64,000 nucleotides of DNA, taken from contig JBHGNT010000017.1 of the NCBI GenBank assembly GCA_043228905.1, positions 496,001-560,000 on the forward strand. The letters are read 5' to 3'. Of this stretch, positions 13,001 through 24,431 are shown piece after piece (position 1 is the first letter of the stretch; the number at the start of each line of letters is the position of its first letter). The notes under the pieces were generated by a model, which did no database searches, was not told where the DNA came from, and saw only the letters and a program-made list of their open reading frames with translations. Made by a program: the position numbers and the translations under genes. The DNA is from Azolla caroliniana (taxonomy: Eukaryota; Plantae; Polypodiophyta).

Positions 13001-13386
13001 AGTGTTAGTAGCTTCATTTTTTTGTACTTGCATATTCTCTTTTGCCTGTATTTAATATACTGGATATATCCCTGATTGTGGTCAATTTTGTATAATTCTT
13101 TACAGGTGATAAAAGTGCTGTTGTTCCAGGCGGTATCAGGATTGGTACTCCTGCATTAACTACAAGGGGCTTTGTGGAAGAAGACTTTAAAATGGTGGCT
13201 GACTTAATCCATGAGGGTGTACAGCTTTCAAAAGAAGTGAAAGGCTTAATTGGCAGCCCAAAAGTTAAAGATTACTTAGAATTTGTGGAATCTCCAGACT
13301 TCCCTTTGCGATCAAAACTTGAGGCTCTTCGTGAAAGGGTTGAAACATTTGCATCGGCTTTCCCAATACCTGGGGAATCTAGATAA
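607..13386 (+). CDS. SHM3: Serine hydroxymethyltransferase, plastid type (similar to Arabidopsis SHM3), 11 exons
   Basis: Exons: 607-796 (Ser-rich transit peptide), 10256-10451, 11157-11331, 11408-11525, 11612-11724, 11805-11927, 12033-12137, 12210-12296, 12370-12477, 12560-12632, 13106-13386. All introns GT-AG with matching phases. Motifs [73 protein letters not shown] (PLP lysine), FPGLQGGPHNH. Exons 2-11 are secure; which exon-1 copy is used is not. Confidence 0.93.
1936..2386. repeat. Tandem repeat with alternating 113/106-bp units (219-bp dimer x2)
   Basis: Units start with CATGG at 1936, 2049, 2155, 2268 and 2374. Shared core attaacaattgtgaatgcac(t/g)taggatttct...ttctacatt...aataaagaac. 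Confidence 0.9.
2423..2525. repeat. 43-bp tandem repeat (~2.4 copies)
   Basis: ttacaatcacaaagtaaca(c/t)gttgctcgtatgccatatggtgt at 2423 and 2466, partial copy at 2509. Confidence 0.9.
4104..4290 (+). pseudogene. Second copy of SHMT exon 1 with the start codon changed ATG>AAG
   Basis: Near-identical to 607-796, but gagATGgtc reads gagAAGgac. One codon is deleted (IHHQ>IHQ). The GTAAG donor is retained at 4291. Confidence 0.75.
4524..4623. other. Assembly gap (100 N)
   Basis: Run of N characters. Confidence 1.
4625..4800 (-). repeat. Inverted copy of 4219-4394 (3' part of SHMT exon 1 plus the donor)
   Basis: Near-perfect reverse complement of 4219-4394. It abuts the gap on the left and the truncated LTR on the right. 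Confidence 0.92.
4800..9708 (-). mobile_element. Ty1/copia LTR retrotransposon, full-length, recent
   Basis: 5' LTR 9432-9708 (starts TGTTAGG on -). 3' LTR 4800-5058 lacks its last ~7 nt. PBS TGGTATCAGAGCC (tRNA-iMet) at 9419-9431. PPT AAGTGGGAGGT at 5059-5069. The LTRs look identical except for one short block. Confidence 0.97.
5089..9267 (-). CDS. Copia gag-pol polyprotein, uninterrupted
   Basis: Zinc knuckle [14 protein letters not shown], protease [15 protein letters not shown] plus integrase (HSDV...TDNGGEF...NGVAER), RT ([17 protein letters not shown]), RNase H (YCDADMAG...KHIDVRHHF...ADILTK), in copia domain order. Confidence 0.98.
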   Translation of the reverse strand: MASTSAEVKNLFEIKRFDGKGFELWKERMLGILFLRDCEDALVETKPESMENDAWNTLNKKAITYIKMVVSDEILVDVKGLTTAHQVWEKLKKTYENTTPVNQVHLMRKLVSMRLDESKGATEHLSLFTGTLSQLQDSGLPAFDDKLKAIFLLMTLPDSWETLVVSLSNSPTLTFDGVRGSILSEEIRRQSSGEGSGSAYNIRGRYDKRNPNVGQRNRSKSRGKGKQQDITCYHCGRKGHKKPDCRYWKMELERKKNVGEKKNKEDKFNTTEKANMASNVIIEDLSGEDGDVLCITGDAFIAHVQDMQITKTDVIDALLSIDDGLTQTWIVDSGASFHVTPSLECFTTFDAGSYGKVYLGNNSACNIDGIGTIHLSLDNGQELVLKDVRYVPGIKKSLLSVGQMDLHGYTTLFGGGLWKLKKGSMVIVKGCKKGTLYCLQCKALPGKFLAIAEFDSRLELWHKRLGHMSQKGLEVLSALKRFDVKGSKLVFCNDCLFGKQVRNSYYSGISRKPNVLDLVHSDVCSMPVKSLGGAAYFISFIDDYSRKIWVYLMKRKGDAFDAFKSFHAFVTTQKGTKLKCLRTDNGGEFTSAEFKSYCDLHGIKRELTAPYNPSSNGVAERYNRTLCERVRCMLSTANLPHEFWGEALKTAVHICNRSPNKSLKNGIPEEVWSGKPASYDHLRIFGCDAFVHIRSELRNKLDAKSTMGIFMGYGDEGEMGYRIWLPQSRKIVRSRDLVFNEGKLLKNACSSVGNSKSVTFQQLQPSTKSENKPHDAIPKVEYDGQPVIFEPEEVGQQRDAHEDIGQRDEGTEEQNIDVEQHAGHGSQQPESAENDFPPDLEPIPENTDHWVRRSNRSRRQIYRYDPSLHYVMLSDEGEPLTYKEAMSCELSSKWELAMQEEIKSLYANDTWDLVSLPQGRKALPNKWVYKVKEIEGKPKYKARLVAKGYAQKEGIDFQEVFSPVVKMTTLRVLFALTAMLNLELYQMDVKTAFLHGDIDEEIYMKQPEGFVVSNKEHLVCKLKRSLYGLKQAPRQWYKKFDTFMLSQGFDRSYADHCLYTKKDIDDSPIILVLYVDDMLLAGKRKTSLDALKDQLKLVFSMKDLGNAEHILGMRISRNRKDKLLFLSQEKYIEKVLNRFNMAEAKSLGVPLPSYLKLSKADCPKDEMEINAMKGIPYASACGSLMYAMVATRPDIAYAVGVVSRYMSNPRKAHWEAVKCVFRYLKGTQRKCLCYGKGALNLQGYCDADMAGDLDTRKSTSGYIFTVAGGAVSWCSKLQKIVALSTTEAEYISATEASKEAIWLSRLGEDLGMSVSTPVLGCDSQSAVYLAKNAMFHSRTKHIDVRHHFIRQVLEDGLVTLTKIKTQDNPADILTKSLGKAQHEHCIQLVGVT
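9862..9962. repeat. CGGTT/AACCG direct and inverted repeat cluster, probable DNA-transposon subterminal remnant
   Basis: cggttcggtttgaaccgaaccgaaccg...aacggtttaaacggttcggttcggtt. No TIR or TSD pair found. Confidence 0.45.
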
Positions 13387-13765
13387 GTCGTTGTATTGGA
13401 TTATATACTCTTTTAACATGAATTTCAATAAACTTCATATAAGGGAATACGTAAAGACACTTTTAATAGACCTGGGTGTGTTTATTTTCTTTGAGAGCAT
13501 TGTCCTCATGGAAGCATTGTACTTTTGATTATGTAGTCGTAATTAACCATAATATCTCTAGTAAGGATTCTGATGTGCTTCCATCACTGACAAGGTATCA
13601 GTGGCGTGTAATTGATTTTTAATTGGAGTTTCCAAAAATTGGTGCATGGCATAGTAAGGTCTTCCCTATTGGGAACGCAACCCCGTCCATTTGAAATTGA
13701 TAGGTGTTCTGAATAGCACAGGTTTGTGGTCCTAGGACAGTATATAGTAAGGTAATTGTATTGTA

Positions 13766-13864
13766 TATTTAATAAACTCTGTAATTCCCTAAGGAACCTT
13801 TCTAAGTGTCATCTTATTTAATAAACTCTGTAATTCCCCAAGGAACCTTTCTAAGTGTCATCTT
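13766..13864. repeat. 49-bp tandem duplication
   Basis: tatttaataaactctgtaattccc(t/c)aaggaacctttctaagtgtcatct occurs twice. Confidence 0.9.
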
Positions 13865-15101
13865 TTTCAACATTGGTTGGTTGCCACATGGTCTTAAGGT
13901 GAAACATGCATCCTGAACAAGTAAAAACTCGGCAGTGAATGTAAGTATAATGTTTATCTGTAAGCATGAATATAATATAGTACTCCACATTGTGATATTG
14001 TGCTCACGAACATAGCTATTAACAGTAAAATTCTTGATAATGAAGTATAGATGATCTTATGAATTTTATGGCTTAATGAATTTGTTAGACGACCTTAGGA
14101 TAAGGTTTATTAAAAAGTTTATGACTGAATTTCATAGATGACCTGTGTGTAGAGTCTAAATAGAAATAGTATATGACCTCAGTAAATTTTGAATGTCAAA
14201 AAGTCATTAATCCCTAAAGCATTAATCCTAAATATTAGTATTTCAGATGAAATGTTACAAGTCGCCCTTTACAAAGAGGTTGTATCCATTCTAATGCAAA
14301 ACCTGTTTGAAAAACGCCATTTACTTTATGGGAATTATATGTTTTCCAGTAGAGATGTTACTGAATACCATGCATGTTCAAAATCTCATTCTGTACTCAC
14401 TAAGATTTTGGATGTTCATAATATGACTTCAGCAGAAATAGCTGTTGGTGTTCTTTTGAAACCATTATTCAAATGTTACAATCCTCAAAATAAGGCCTCA
14501 CATGTCTATATTAGACAATATCATGACTAACACTTAACGCAAGAAAACAAACTGAAGTATTCGCCAATATTTGTACAAAAGTTAAACTTCATTTTGAATT
14601 ATACATGCCTTAGTAAACATCCAAGGAAAAACAAATCATTCCCCAAATTTCACAAAACATGTAACTTAAATCAGGCATATATCGAGCCAATATTTCATGT
14701 CCCCATTTGTACAGAACCAATGCATGAAATTGTTGGCATAGTATATTGGGAATACATGTACACCAATACTTGAATCCCTCTAATGCAACTACAAAAATAA
14801 AGTGACATTCAAAAATCTCCAAACAAGACAGGTACCATGTTTTTCCACTAAAACATGAAATTGGACATTGATAGTAGATACACTTGAGGCTACAGGACCA
14901 CCATTACAAAAACCAAACAATGCTATCAGCCTTAGCTCTAAACCGATCAAAACCTTTTTTCCAGATCTGTCTACAAAAACCCAAATTAATAATTCTATGG
15001 GTATGTACTCTTATCATTCATTGGTCTCTTGGAAGTCTTGCAGTAGAAAAACAGCACATCTTTTTCAAAAGGTTTGGATTTCAGTTGTGTCACTTTAGAA
15101 C

Positions 15102-15274
15102 CTACATTAAAGGGTTCCCTTTCTGAGGCCTTCTCTTCACCTTAATCTGTTCATAAATAGAGATTATTACCAACAATCACCATTTTGAACCTCATGTAAG
15201 TAGTTAGATAACACAGATACATGGAATAAAACTGCAATGATATATACATATACATACATACATACATACATACA

Positions 15275-15363
<89 letters not shown>

Positions 15364-17695
15364 CCTTGCCACCATTTGTCCCATCTCCGACAGTCGCTTG
15401 ACATGCCAGTCTCCAACTGTCAGGTCTCTGTGAAACATCCAGTTTCATGACAGAAAGAAATAATCAGCAATTCATATCCACTTTGAGGAACAGATATGTA
15501 CAAACACAAACAAGTACCAATTTCAAATAATGGGGCTCTGCTGGTGTCCGCTTGTTCATGAGTTCAGCTCCTTCCAAAATCTAACAAATGACAATAAATA
15601 AGTTTATGGCCAATATTTCTGCTGGACAAATCATAATCCTCATTATAACTTAATGATTAAACAGCCCTCTTCATGTAAATGTCTTAAAGTTTGATTCATT
15701 CATTGAAAACTATGAAAAAGAACTCATATCACCGATAAAGAAAGAAATGCATGTGCATTATAGGTGGAACATGAAACAGAACTTTAACATACATCAACAA
15801 GGCAAGTGCCACACATTCCTCGGCCCTCACAATTCATCATCTTTCCCTGAAGAAGGAACATAAGTAGGATGTGAGGTTTACATATCAATAATCATTCATC
15901 ACAAATTAATTCATTCAGCACTTGTCACTAATAGCTATTACATTGAGAGAGATAGAAAAATATTATCTTACATATGGGCCATATAGCTCCACTTGATTCT
16001 CCAACATGATATCGCGAAGAAGTTTCTTACCACTCACAGCAGTGACAAACTGTGGCTCAGGAATTGGGTCAGTCTCTCCTGGGCGGTTGTCAGGCTGCAC
16101 AATACAAGTGTCCAATCACTTACGCAGAAACTTACAGAGATGGCACAATAATTGTATACAATGAGCAGTAAGAGCAACAACAGAATAACTGAATCTCTTT
16201 TGCAAGCAATCATGATAACCCACATGCTCCCAAACCTGTACTACAGCTACATTTTAAGGGCCTCTATTAGGTGTAACTATTTCGTTAGTTTTAAGGTATG
16301 GGATTTGGGAAGCCCGATTTTCCTCTTTCTTTTGCCTTGTTTAAATATCTGCATAATGACTCTTATGATTTCGTGATTTGGTCCTGTCTCTCTCTTTTCC
16401 TATAACCTCTCATTTGATTGATTTGTTTCTTCTTTCATATGCAATGACTTTCATCCTTGATCAAATTATCTCATTCCTCTCATCTCTAGTACTAATACAT
16501 AAGCCACGCATGGAAAGGTTTGTTATACCTTGATAATCATGTGGGATGTGTTGTTACCAGCCATAGCAAACCTCAAAAAGTCATAAAAATGAATGGATAT
16601 TGGGAGAAAATGCAAAGTTGATCCATCTCATTTTAGGTATAACACAAGTTAGTTGTTCGAGAAGTTTAGGACAAACAACAGAAACCATTTTTCTACCATT
16701 TGGTATAATTTCATCCAGATGTGTCATTGTGCTGCCTCCTGGTTTGACCTCCAACTTGACATCAATGAAGCATTTTTACCTAAAGATTGACATGAAGCTG
16801 TCTACATGTTTTTTACAGCCATTCTATTTGCCTCCAAGAAACAATCAAATATGATCTGAAATAATCTTCTCACAATGGCACATAATGTTTTGGTTCGTTC
16901 ATGTCATTTTCTCGACAAGTGAAATAAATATAAAATCTAGACATAGGTGTAACATATTCTTGCTATTGACCATATATGTAAGTGATGTTTTCCAAATGGA
17001 ACATTGAATCAGACTTTCAAGTTATAATCTCTTGCGTTCTTTTGCTTATTTAACTTTCCGTTTAACAGCCGTTCCAGTTTGTTGGGGTTTTTGGTCATTT
17101 AGCATGTTCTAGAAACATTGCACAAATCATCCTTCTAGTACCCTGACTGGAAAATCAGAAAAAAAACGCAATTTTCTAGGAGTTTAACAAAGCCTAACAC
17201 CTAGGAAAGTAGCAAACCAGCATACTGAGCAAAACAACAAAAAAAAGCATATAAAAAACGTTATCCACATGTATAAAGCATTTCATATCTAAGCAGCATC
17301 CACAATGAAGAAAACTTTGCAACACAAGTTAATAAGAAATTGAGCAAAGAAAAGAAGAAAGGAAACAAACGAAAGAAAAAACAAATAAAACCTACCCCAA
17401 CAAATTCTAGTTCAATGAGGGGGGGAGCTTCTAGGGCAGAAGAAGAAGAAGGAGACTCTGTTGATGTAGAAACCCAAACTTCCTGCTCTTGATGTTGTTG
17501 AGAGGCACTGATTTTGTCAAGGCTCGATCTTCTTCTCTGTTTTTTGAGGAAAGAAACAGAGCTCTGTTTGTTGATTAAAGAAGAAGAAGAAGATAAAGAA
17601 ACAGAGGAAGTGAGTTGCTCTGCTCGGGTTGAGAGAAGATGAATGGAGGAGGCATTATATCCCAAGGCCACGGCCAAAGAGGAAGCCATCATCAT
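15102..17695 (-). CDS. Plastid 2Fe-2S ferredoxin-like protein (PnsB3/NDF4-related family, closer to the At4g32590 type), 6 exons
   Basis: Exons: 17695-17396 (transit peptide...PPLIELEFVG), 16094-15972 (AVSGKKLLRDIMLENQVELYGPY), ~15846-15793 (GKMMNCEGRGMCGTCLVD), ~15580-15518 (ILEGAELMNKRT), ~15427-15365 (RPDSWRLACQATVG), 15146-15102. C-x4-C-x2-C...C ligand set is present. Confidence 0.9.
15240..15361. repeat. Compound (TACA)n(TAGA)n microsatellite in the last intron of the ferredoxin-like gene
   Basis: Directly visible; starts within a few nt of the splice donor. Confidence 0.97.
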
Positions 17696-18962
17696 TGTCG
17701 TCCTTCCCTTCGCCCTATAACTAAACCCCTCGTTGCTTGCAGTTCTTCCGATCGATATGGGAAAGAAAAGGGTATTTCCAAACCTGCCCCTCTGCACCTC
17801 ACCATTTACAAATATCAATTATACCCCCCCCACTCGCACACCAATTAAGAGCTACAAATATGCATTGGGACTACCTCTTGTATGGATCAGAAATTTTCCA
17901 TGTGTGGTCATGGTGGCAAATCATGCCTAATAGTCACAGTTTTGCAATTTGTGCTCCGTCAATAAGTTTAATTTTAAATGTATATATAACAAATAATTTA
18001 GAAGTTGGACACAAGACATGTTCTAATTAGATGGACAACAAACACATTTAGGGAGAGTTGATATGCTACACAAAATAGATTTACAAATGTCGGGTCTCTT
18101 TGACATGCCGGCATGACAGCCTCTTGTGGCTTAGCCTAAATTGCTAGATTGGTCTAAGCTCCCAATCAATTATGTCCAATCTTTTTCATATAAACCACTC
18201 CTAAAATATATGAGAATTTGAAAATGCATTTTTGTTCAATTGCAAGAAGAGTTCTATATTCACAACCAAGAGCTGGTAATCAGCCTATGCATAGGTTGGC
18301 ATACAGAGAAACACATTCCATTATGTTCAGTCCTGTGCAAAACACACGTGTCTTATGGTTGTTGATTTCAAGGAACTCGCAAAAATATCTTGAATTTACA
18401 TGGGATGCTACAAGAAATTGTGTAAACAAGAGACGTAAATTTATGCAACAATTTGAGACACTACTATCATTACAATTGCAACTACAATCATATAACCATA
18501 GATTACAATGTATTAAGATGTTCATAGATTAATGAAATATTTGCCCGAACAAAAACTGCATACTGTGAGTAAGCAAGTCATCAAAATGGGTGACATATTA
18601 TTGCAAAGCTACCAAACATTCATCAATTCCAAGTTAGTCCATGTGTATACACACTTTGAAAATTCTCATGCAATACTTCATGTTTACACTGAATGAAGCT
18701 TGATGTATGATAAGAAAGTCGCTGAGTAACTGGATATAACTGAATAGAAATGGCCAAGTAACTTAGAAATGCCAGTGTCAAAATTGGCTTTGGGTTTTCC
18801 CTCTTCATGATGACTACTTTCTTCTCTCTCCTCTCTTTGTTGCACCACACCCAATTAATCTATTTTATCATGTATAAGAAATTTAATAAATTCTATCTAT
18901 CAACGAAGAGCATTGAACATTGTAAATCCACTCCATTCTTTGAATCATCCAATGCTCGTTTT

Positions 18963-21503
18963 TCAATGTACCAGAGACTCATATTTTGTTCCATTGAGAA
19001 GCTTTGACAAATCAGTCCAGTTTTCCACTCGATCAGCCAATGGCAGTGTGTGAATCTTTACATGTTTGCTCTTCAATTTTCTTGGTTTAACATGTAAGAA
19101 CTCTTGAACTTTTATCAACTCCTGTAAACAGAAGAAGAACATGAAAAGAAACATATTAAATCACTCTCAACCAATGCTACTGACATAAATAAAAAATGAA
19201 AATTTGATGAATAAAGTTGAGAGATACTATATTACACAAAGAGAAGGATCCAATGTTCCCAAAAATACTTCTTTATTCATGTAACCTTTGAATGACTTAG
19301 TGAAATAATTATGAAGATGGCTGACCTCTTTGCTTTGAAGTAGATCCTCATAGTATACTACGATATTACGAATCCTGCTGAAAAATTGTTGTGCATCTAT
19401 CATGCTATCCTCAATGCTTTTCAAGTAAGGAATCACCAATGTTAGGTTAACTAATGGTTTGTAAGATGCAAGAATATTTGCCTGCATACCAAAATTTTGG
19501 TGTTTAGCAACGTTTTCAGTAATGCTTCATTTCTAACCCACTTTTACTTTTAAAAACACTTATTATTATTATTTTATCTTGTTTTCGTTTTTCGCAGAGC
19601 AAGAGAGAATTCAATCATGCTTGCCTCTTGAATGGAGTGTACATGAGCTCGATGTGTTCCATTTAAGAGCTTCGAATGCTGATCAAATTTATTTGCTATG
19701 AGAGATATGTAACGTTCCAAGAAATTTCGACGGAAAAGAAAAATAACTGAGACAGATTTTTCCTTCAAGTATGCTAGAACTTCCGGCTTATATTCCATGA
19801 AGCCCTGTAAGATGAAAATCTTAGGCTTACAATATCCATGAACCATCACTGTTTCAATCACATTTAAGAAAATAAAAAGCATAGATTTTGTCTAATTAGA
19901 AAAACGAAAAAAATAAAGGCATCAAAGATAGATGCTTCACTCTCCCCGAATGGCCTGCAATATTCACCTATATAATAATAAAATTTTAATTTATTTTTTT
20001 ACTCTGGCAAATAAAAATAATTTTCCTGCAATAAAAAAGAGAAGCTGTGCAAATTCTAACACACCTGATTAAGCATCCACTTGAAACCAACAGCAGTTGT
20101 GCAATCTTTTTTATGATATTTGCTAACCCAATCAAGATTGTAAAGTGTGTCCAAAGACTCCTTTATCATAGTCATATTCTTTCTCCTTGTTGTAATCAAG
20201 AAAACTTCACCATGAGATCTCACATTTTTATGACTATTCAGTAGTGTCTCAAACCATCCACTACCTGACCTTTGCATAGAAACGATGACGAAATAATGCA
20301 CTGGAATGCAGCTGCACTCCCTCCTATTGAAAAACCGCCAACAATTCAACAAGTTTTCCATTACCCATACGAGTAATTTATTATCCACGCTTGATAGCAT
20401 GAAGTAAAAATTGTCGATGCGTGAAAATTGAAGGTCTTGATTATCCATAATTACACTAGCTAATACCTATCAAACGTTGCAGGTTGAGGATAATGCATAT
20501 CCTGTTGAGTACTTATCGAACAGCGACCAGTGAAAACATTCACATCTTGCCTGATTATTTGAGCAAAACTTGGCATTTCCATGGTAGAGAAACCCATATA
20601 TAGAACCCCTAAGGCCAGAACCATAATGATTGAAAACTTCCAATGAAAGCTTAGTTTCTTGTGCAGCCATTTTTGGGAAAGGTCCTGCAATTCCCATTGA
20701 CATCAGAAATGAAAACAAGGAAGTTATTATTGTTTTTCCTTGTGAAGTGAAAGAACAGAGAATTCCATTTGTAAAAAGTTTCTTGTTCAGACCCATCTTA
20801 TGCACCTTTCCCGCTAAAGCCTAATTTCCATTTTCCTTACTCGATGTCAAAACTTGCCCATCTTCACCTGGAAAAGAGGCTGAAGATAAGGTATGATACT
20901 TGCCTTCTATGCGTCGAAGAATGCAAACAGGGTCTGTTGTATGCAAAGATTTATGCTGACATATTTAACCTAAACCCAAAAGTTCAAGTGAAGATACCTT
21001 ATATATCCTCAAAAAGGTATATTATTACTCTGGAGTGCTTTACATTGATAATTTAAAATCTTTTAATCGTTGATTTTTGCTATGACATGAACGCCTAAAC
21101 CTTTCATAACTCAATGTGGTCGGGCAAAGATTCCTTACACAGTGGCTATGAAAATAGTTCCTAAACCTAACTTTGGGAGACCCCCAATGAAGAGAACGCA
21201 TACAAAGAAAATTCATGTTCCATCACCAGATATTTCCAAAGAGTAGTAGCTATGAAGGAGTTCATAAATCCTAAACAACATACAAAGGGCCAGAGAATTT
21301 GCCAAAAAAAGAGCTGTGCAGAAAACATTCTCATAAACCCTATTTTCAGGTCCTATGAAACTGAGAGCGGATTTATTAGATAATAATGTGTCCTTTTCTC
21401 TTACCTTATAAAAGGGTTTTCTGTGAGAGATCGATCTCAAAGAAAAAGGTTGTTTGATGGGCGACGCGTCGTCGTCGTCGTCGTCGCCAAGAACTAGTGC
21501 CAT
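18963..21503 (-). CDS. NodH-like / Stf0-family sulfotransferase, membrane-anchored, 6 exons
   Basis: Exons: 21503-21405, 20684-20467, 20323-20065, 19804-19625, 19481-19326, 19121-18963. TM segment FSIIMVLALGVLYMGF. Motifs HYPQPATFDR-ECSC-PVHYF, SMQRSGSGWFETLLNSH (PAPS loop), AVGFKWMLNQG, FLFRRNFL, YYEDL, HVKIH, VENW. Exon 1 is less certain. Confidence 0.88.
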
Positions 21504-21690
21504 GGCTTCTGATACGAAGAACACTTCTTCTTCTTCTTCTTCTTCTTCTGAGTTGTCTGGTGAAGATAAGGATGAGAGAAGAAGGGGTGGGTGCCCTCGG
21601 AATTCGCACCTGCGGACTTCATGTCTGTCAGATTAGCCATCATCATCATCATCACCACCATCAGAAGAAGAAGAAGAAGAAGAAGAAAGA
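21468..21690. repeat. Trinucleotide microsatellite cluster (TCG)n, (TTC)n, (CAT)n, (GAA)n at the sulfotransferase 5' end
   Basis: Directly visible; the (TCG)n run encodes poly-Asp in exon 1. Confidence 0.9.
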
Positions 21691-23513
21691 AAAAGATTTC
21701 GAGTTCTCTTTATTGGGAACAGAGTCACTGTAGAATGGCGAATCACTATGATTCATTCTCATAGAAATCCCATATGTATGTACATTTATCAATAGAGAAG
21801 AATATATACATATATCATTATATGTATACACTTTTCTAAACATTCGGCTTAGTGCGCCATTTTTTTGAGTTTGCCAAAAATCTGCATTGTTTCATGACAA
21901 TAATAATAATAATAATTCATAGAAAGTTATATCCTCCATCGGTATTAAAATTAGAGTGGCGAAACGCAATACATATACAAAATAAGTCTACTATTACAAT
22001 GAATATTGCATGCAAGCTTTAAATCCCAAAAATAAAATCAAAATTTACATCAAATCAAAATTTGAAACTATGTTCCAAACACTCAAAAAAGCAACGATAT
22101 CATTGACACAAAAATCAGATCATGTCATCGAATAATATCCCAATCCCTCTTACAAGAGATGGAGACCGATTGATACAAGAAATAGAGGGTATGGATTCCC
22201 ATAGTTTACGATGCATACATAGCTTCTGCATGCATGGGTGTTGATTCTGTGATGTCCCATTTGGTGATGATTCCCACTCGTCCTAATTTGACCCTTCTCA
22301 TGATTGTTGGGATCAACAATCTTTGATGTCCCAAGCCATGAAGCACTGCTTGGTAGTTGGTATCAAGGTACAAATGGCAATAGGGGACAACCTCACAACC
22401 GTAAAAGCAATTTCTCTAGAGTGTGAGATCCTTATGGATGAGGATCTTCCTGTTGAAGGAAGAAAATTTCGTAGCTAATCAAACAAGGAAAGAAAGTGGC
22501 ATATGCTAAGTACCTCCATCTTGGTGAGATTGTCTCCATTAGATAACATGCTGATAGTAGAGGGAAATGAACAAGGTCGTTGCCATGACAAGTAATAAAT
22601 CATCAACGATCTAAGAAGCAAATGTCCTCTCATATTAGGCATCCAAGGCCAAGAGTTGCAAAGGAGAGTTCAAACATTGTGATTATGGACAACAATTTCG
22701 TGTTGGTTGTGAAAGTAGTATAGTGGGGCCGTTCAATTTGTTGCAACATAAGAAATTCATCCAATTCCAATTGATTATGAATGTGGTAGTAGTACTCTCC
22801 ATAAATTGTGGCGGCAATTTCATGAGGTGAAGTGTTATTGGATGCCATCCAATTGTTGTGGGTGAATCTGGTCGTGGACACATTGGGAGCTCTAGTGCTC
22901 GCTAAATAGCAGCCCACCAATAAGGATTGTTTATGCATGTGAATGTGTTGTCCTGTTTATGCATATCTCTAGGTCTGGTTTGTGCATGCATCTAAGTTAT
23001 GCTTGTCTCTAAACATTAATTCGGCCATTCTATTAGTAGCCCCTTCTTTTGTGGATATGCGTGTGATTGGGCCTAACTCTAGTTGGGCATGTGCCTCACC
23101 TATCCCTCCTAGCAATCACCAAAGGCAACCTTGTCACCTCCATCTTGCCAATCGTTGTCCTTTTACTACCAAACAATAGGGCCCAAATGCTTGAAATAGG
23201 CGGAGGAAATTGCTAGACTTACTCCAATAGGTTGAATAAGATTATTGAAGTCATTATTTTCCACGACCATGAGAAGGCACGGGGGGATACAAGCCATTGC
23301 ATGCACTTCATATACCATTTTACATCCTAACCAACGGCAATGCAATCTTCTAATTATTCCCTCTAAATCTATGTTACAAGCTTTTTAAGATCTCATATGC
23401 AATTTCAATTTCTGAAGAGATGATGACTCAATAATTCAATATCTTTTGTTTCATGGGCATTATCATTTGTCTTTTGATCACAACAGAAAAACATCAAACA
23501 TGGTTCACTTATT

Positions 23514-23799
23514 TATTTTCTGGATTGGGAGCTACTTTCAAACCCTTTCCAAGTTAAAAGAGTCACATTTTTCACATGGGACTCATATTGTAACATGATG
23601 CTTCCCATAATTGCACACAATTCAATTCTAAAACTAATATTGTTATAAGATCAATTATTCAGTTTCTTGATTTGGGGTTACTTTTGAACCCTTTCCAAGT
23701 TAACAGAGTCACATTTTTCCCATGGGACTAATGTTAGGACACAATGTTTCACATAATTGCAAACACTTGCACTCTATAACTAACATTGTGATAAGATCA
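23514..23799. repeat. Diverged ~146-bp tandem duplication
   Basis: aaccctttccaagttaa(a/c)agagtcacattttt(ca/cc)catgggact...ataattgca...ataagatca occurs twice. Confidence 0.8.
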
Positions 23800-24431
23800 T
23801 CATGCTTGCGTGAATGATCATTCTCATTTAAACGTTTCCTTTCTCTTCAAGAAAATCACTTGCTCCCATCACTATGCCTCAATTATATTGCCTCACTACT
23901 ACAGGTTTACAGCTTTTGTGATGGTATATTCAGGGACTCAACCAAACCATAAGATTGAATGATTGACAATTGGCCTGTGTTATGTAGCTCAGGCCAGTGC
24001 CTATGGATACATCCACACTTGAAAGACATGACCAATCATCAGTGTTGATTAGTGCACCCCATATCCCATAAACAATCCAAATCGTTATAACTATAAGAAA
24101 GACCCACAATAAAGACGATACAAACAAATAGTTTTGATTGCATTTCTCCAAATTATTGACAAACAATAAACATGATGCAAAAATATATTTCTCCCATGAT
24201 GCATACCTCAAACGAATCCCAATTTGAGATTATACCTGGAAAATAAATGAAGCAACAGATCATCGAATTAAGACAAACAAATACAATGTGACTTGCACTT
24301 CCAAATTGTCATTACAATTTACCATATAGTTGAGAAACCACTCATATTTGATTTACCAACACAATGTTGTAACATCATTGTTTTCACATTTTATTAAGCC
24401 ACCTCAAATGCAACATTCAAGGAGATCATCT

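Noticed and set aside
15151-15448. ORFs with YLSI/MYVC repeats, and RERE ORFs elsewhere (574, 4079, 45988-46948)
   Set aside because: These are translations of microsatellites.
18963-21503. NodH similarity as evidence of symbiosis function or horizontal transfer
   Set aside because: This intron-containing family is widespread in land plants, including non-nodulating species.
22100-23400. Possible decayed retroelement coding sequence (also 39750-43700, 52450-53120, 54600-57500, 61500-62950)
   Set aside because: Composition suggests TE debris, but I could not identify diagnostic motifs or boundaries; needs RepeatMasker or tBLASTx.
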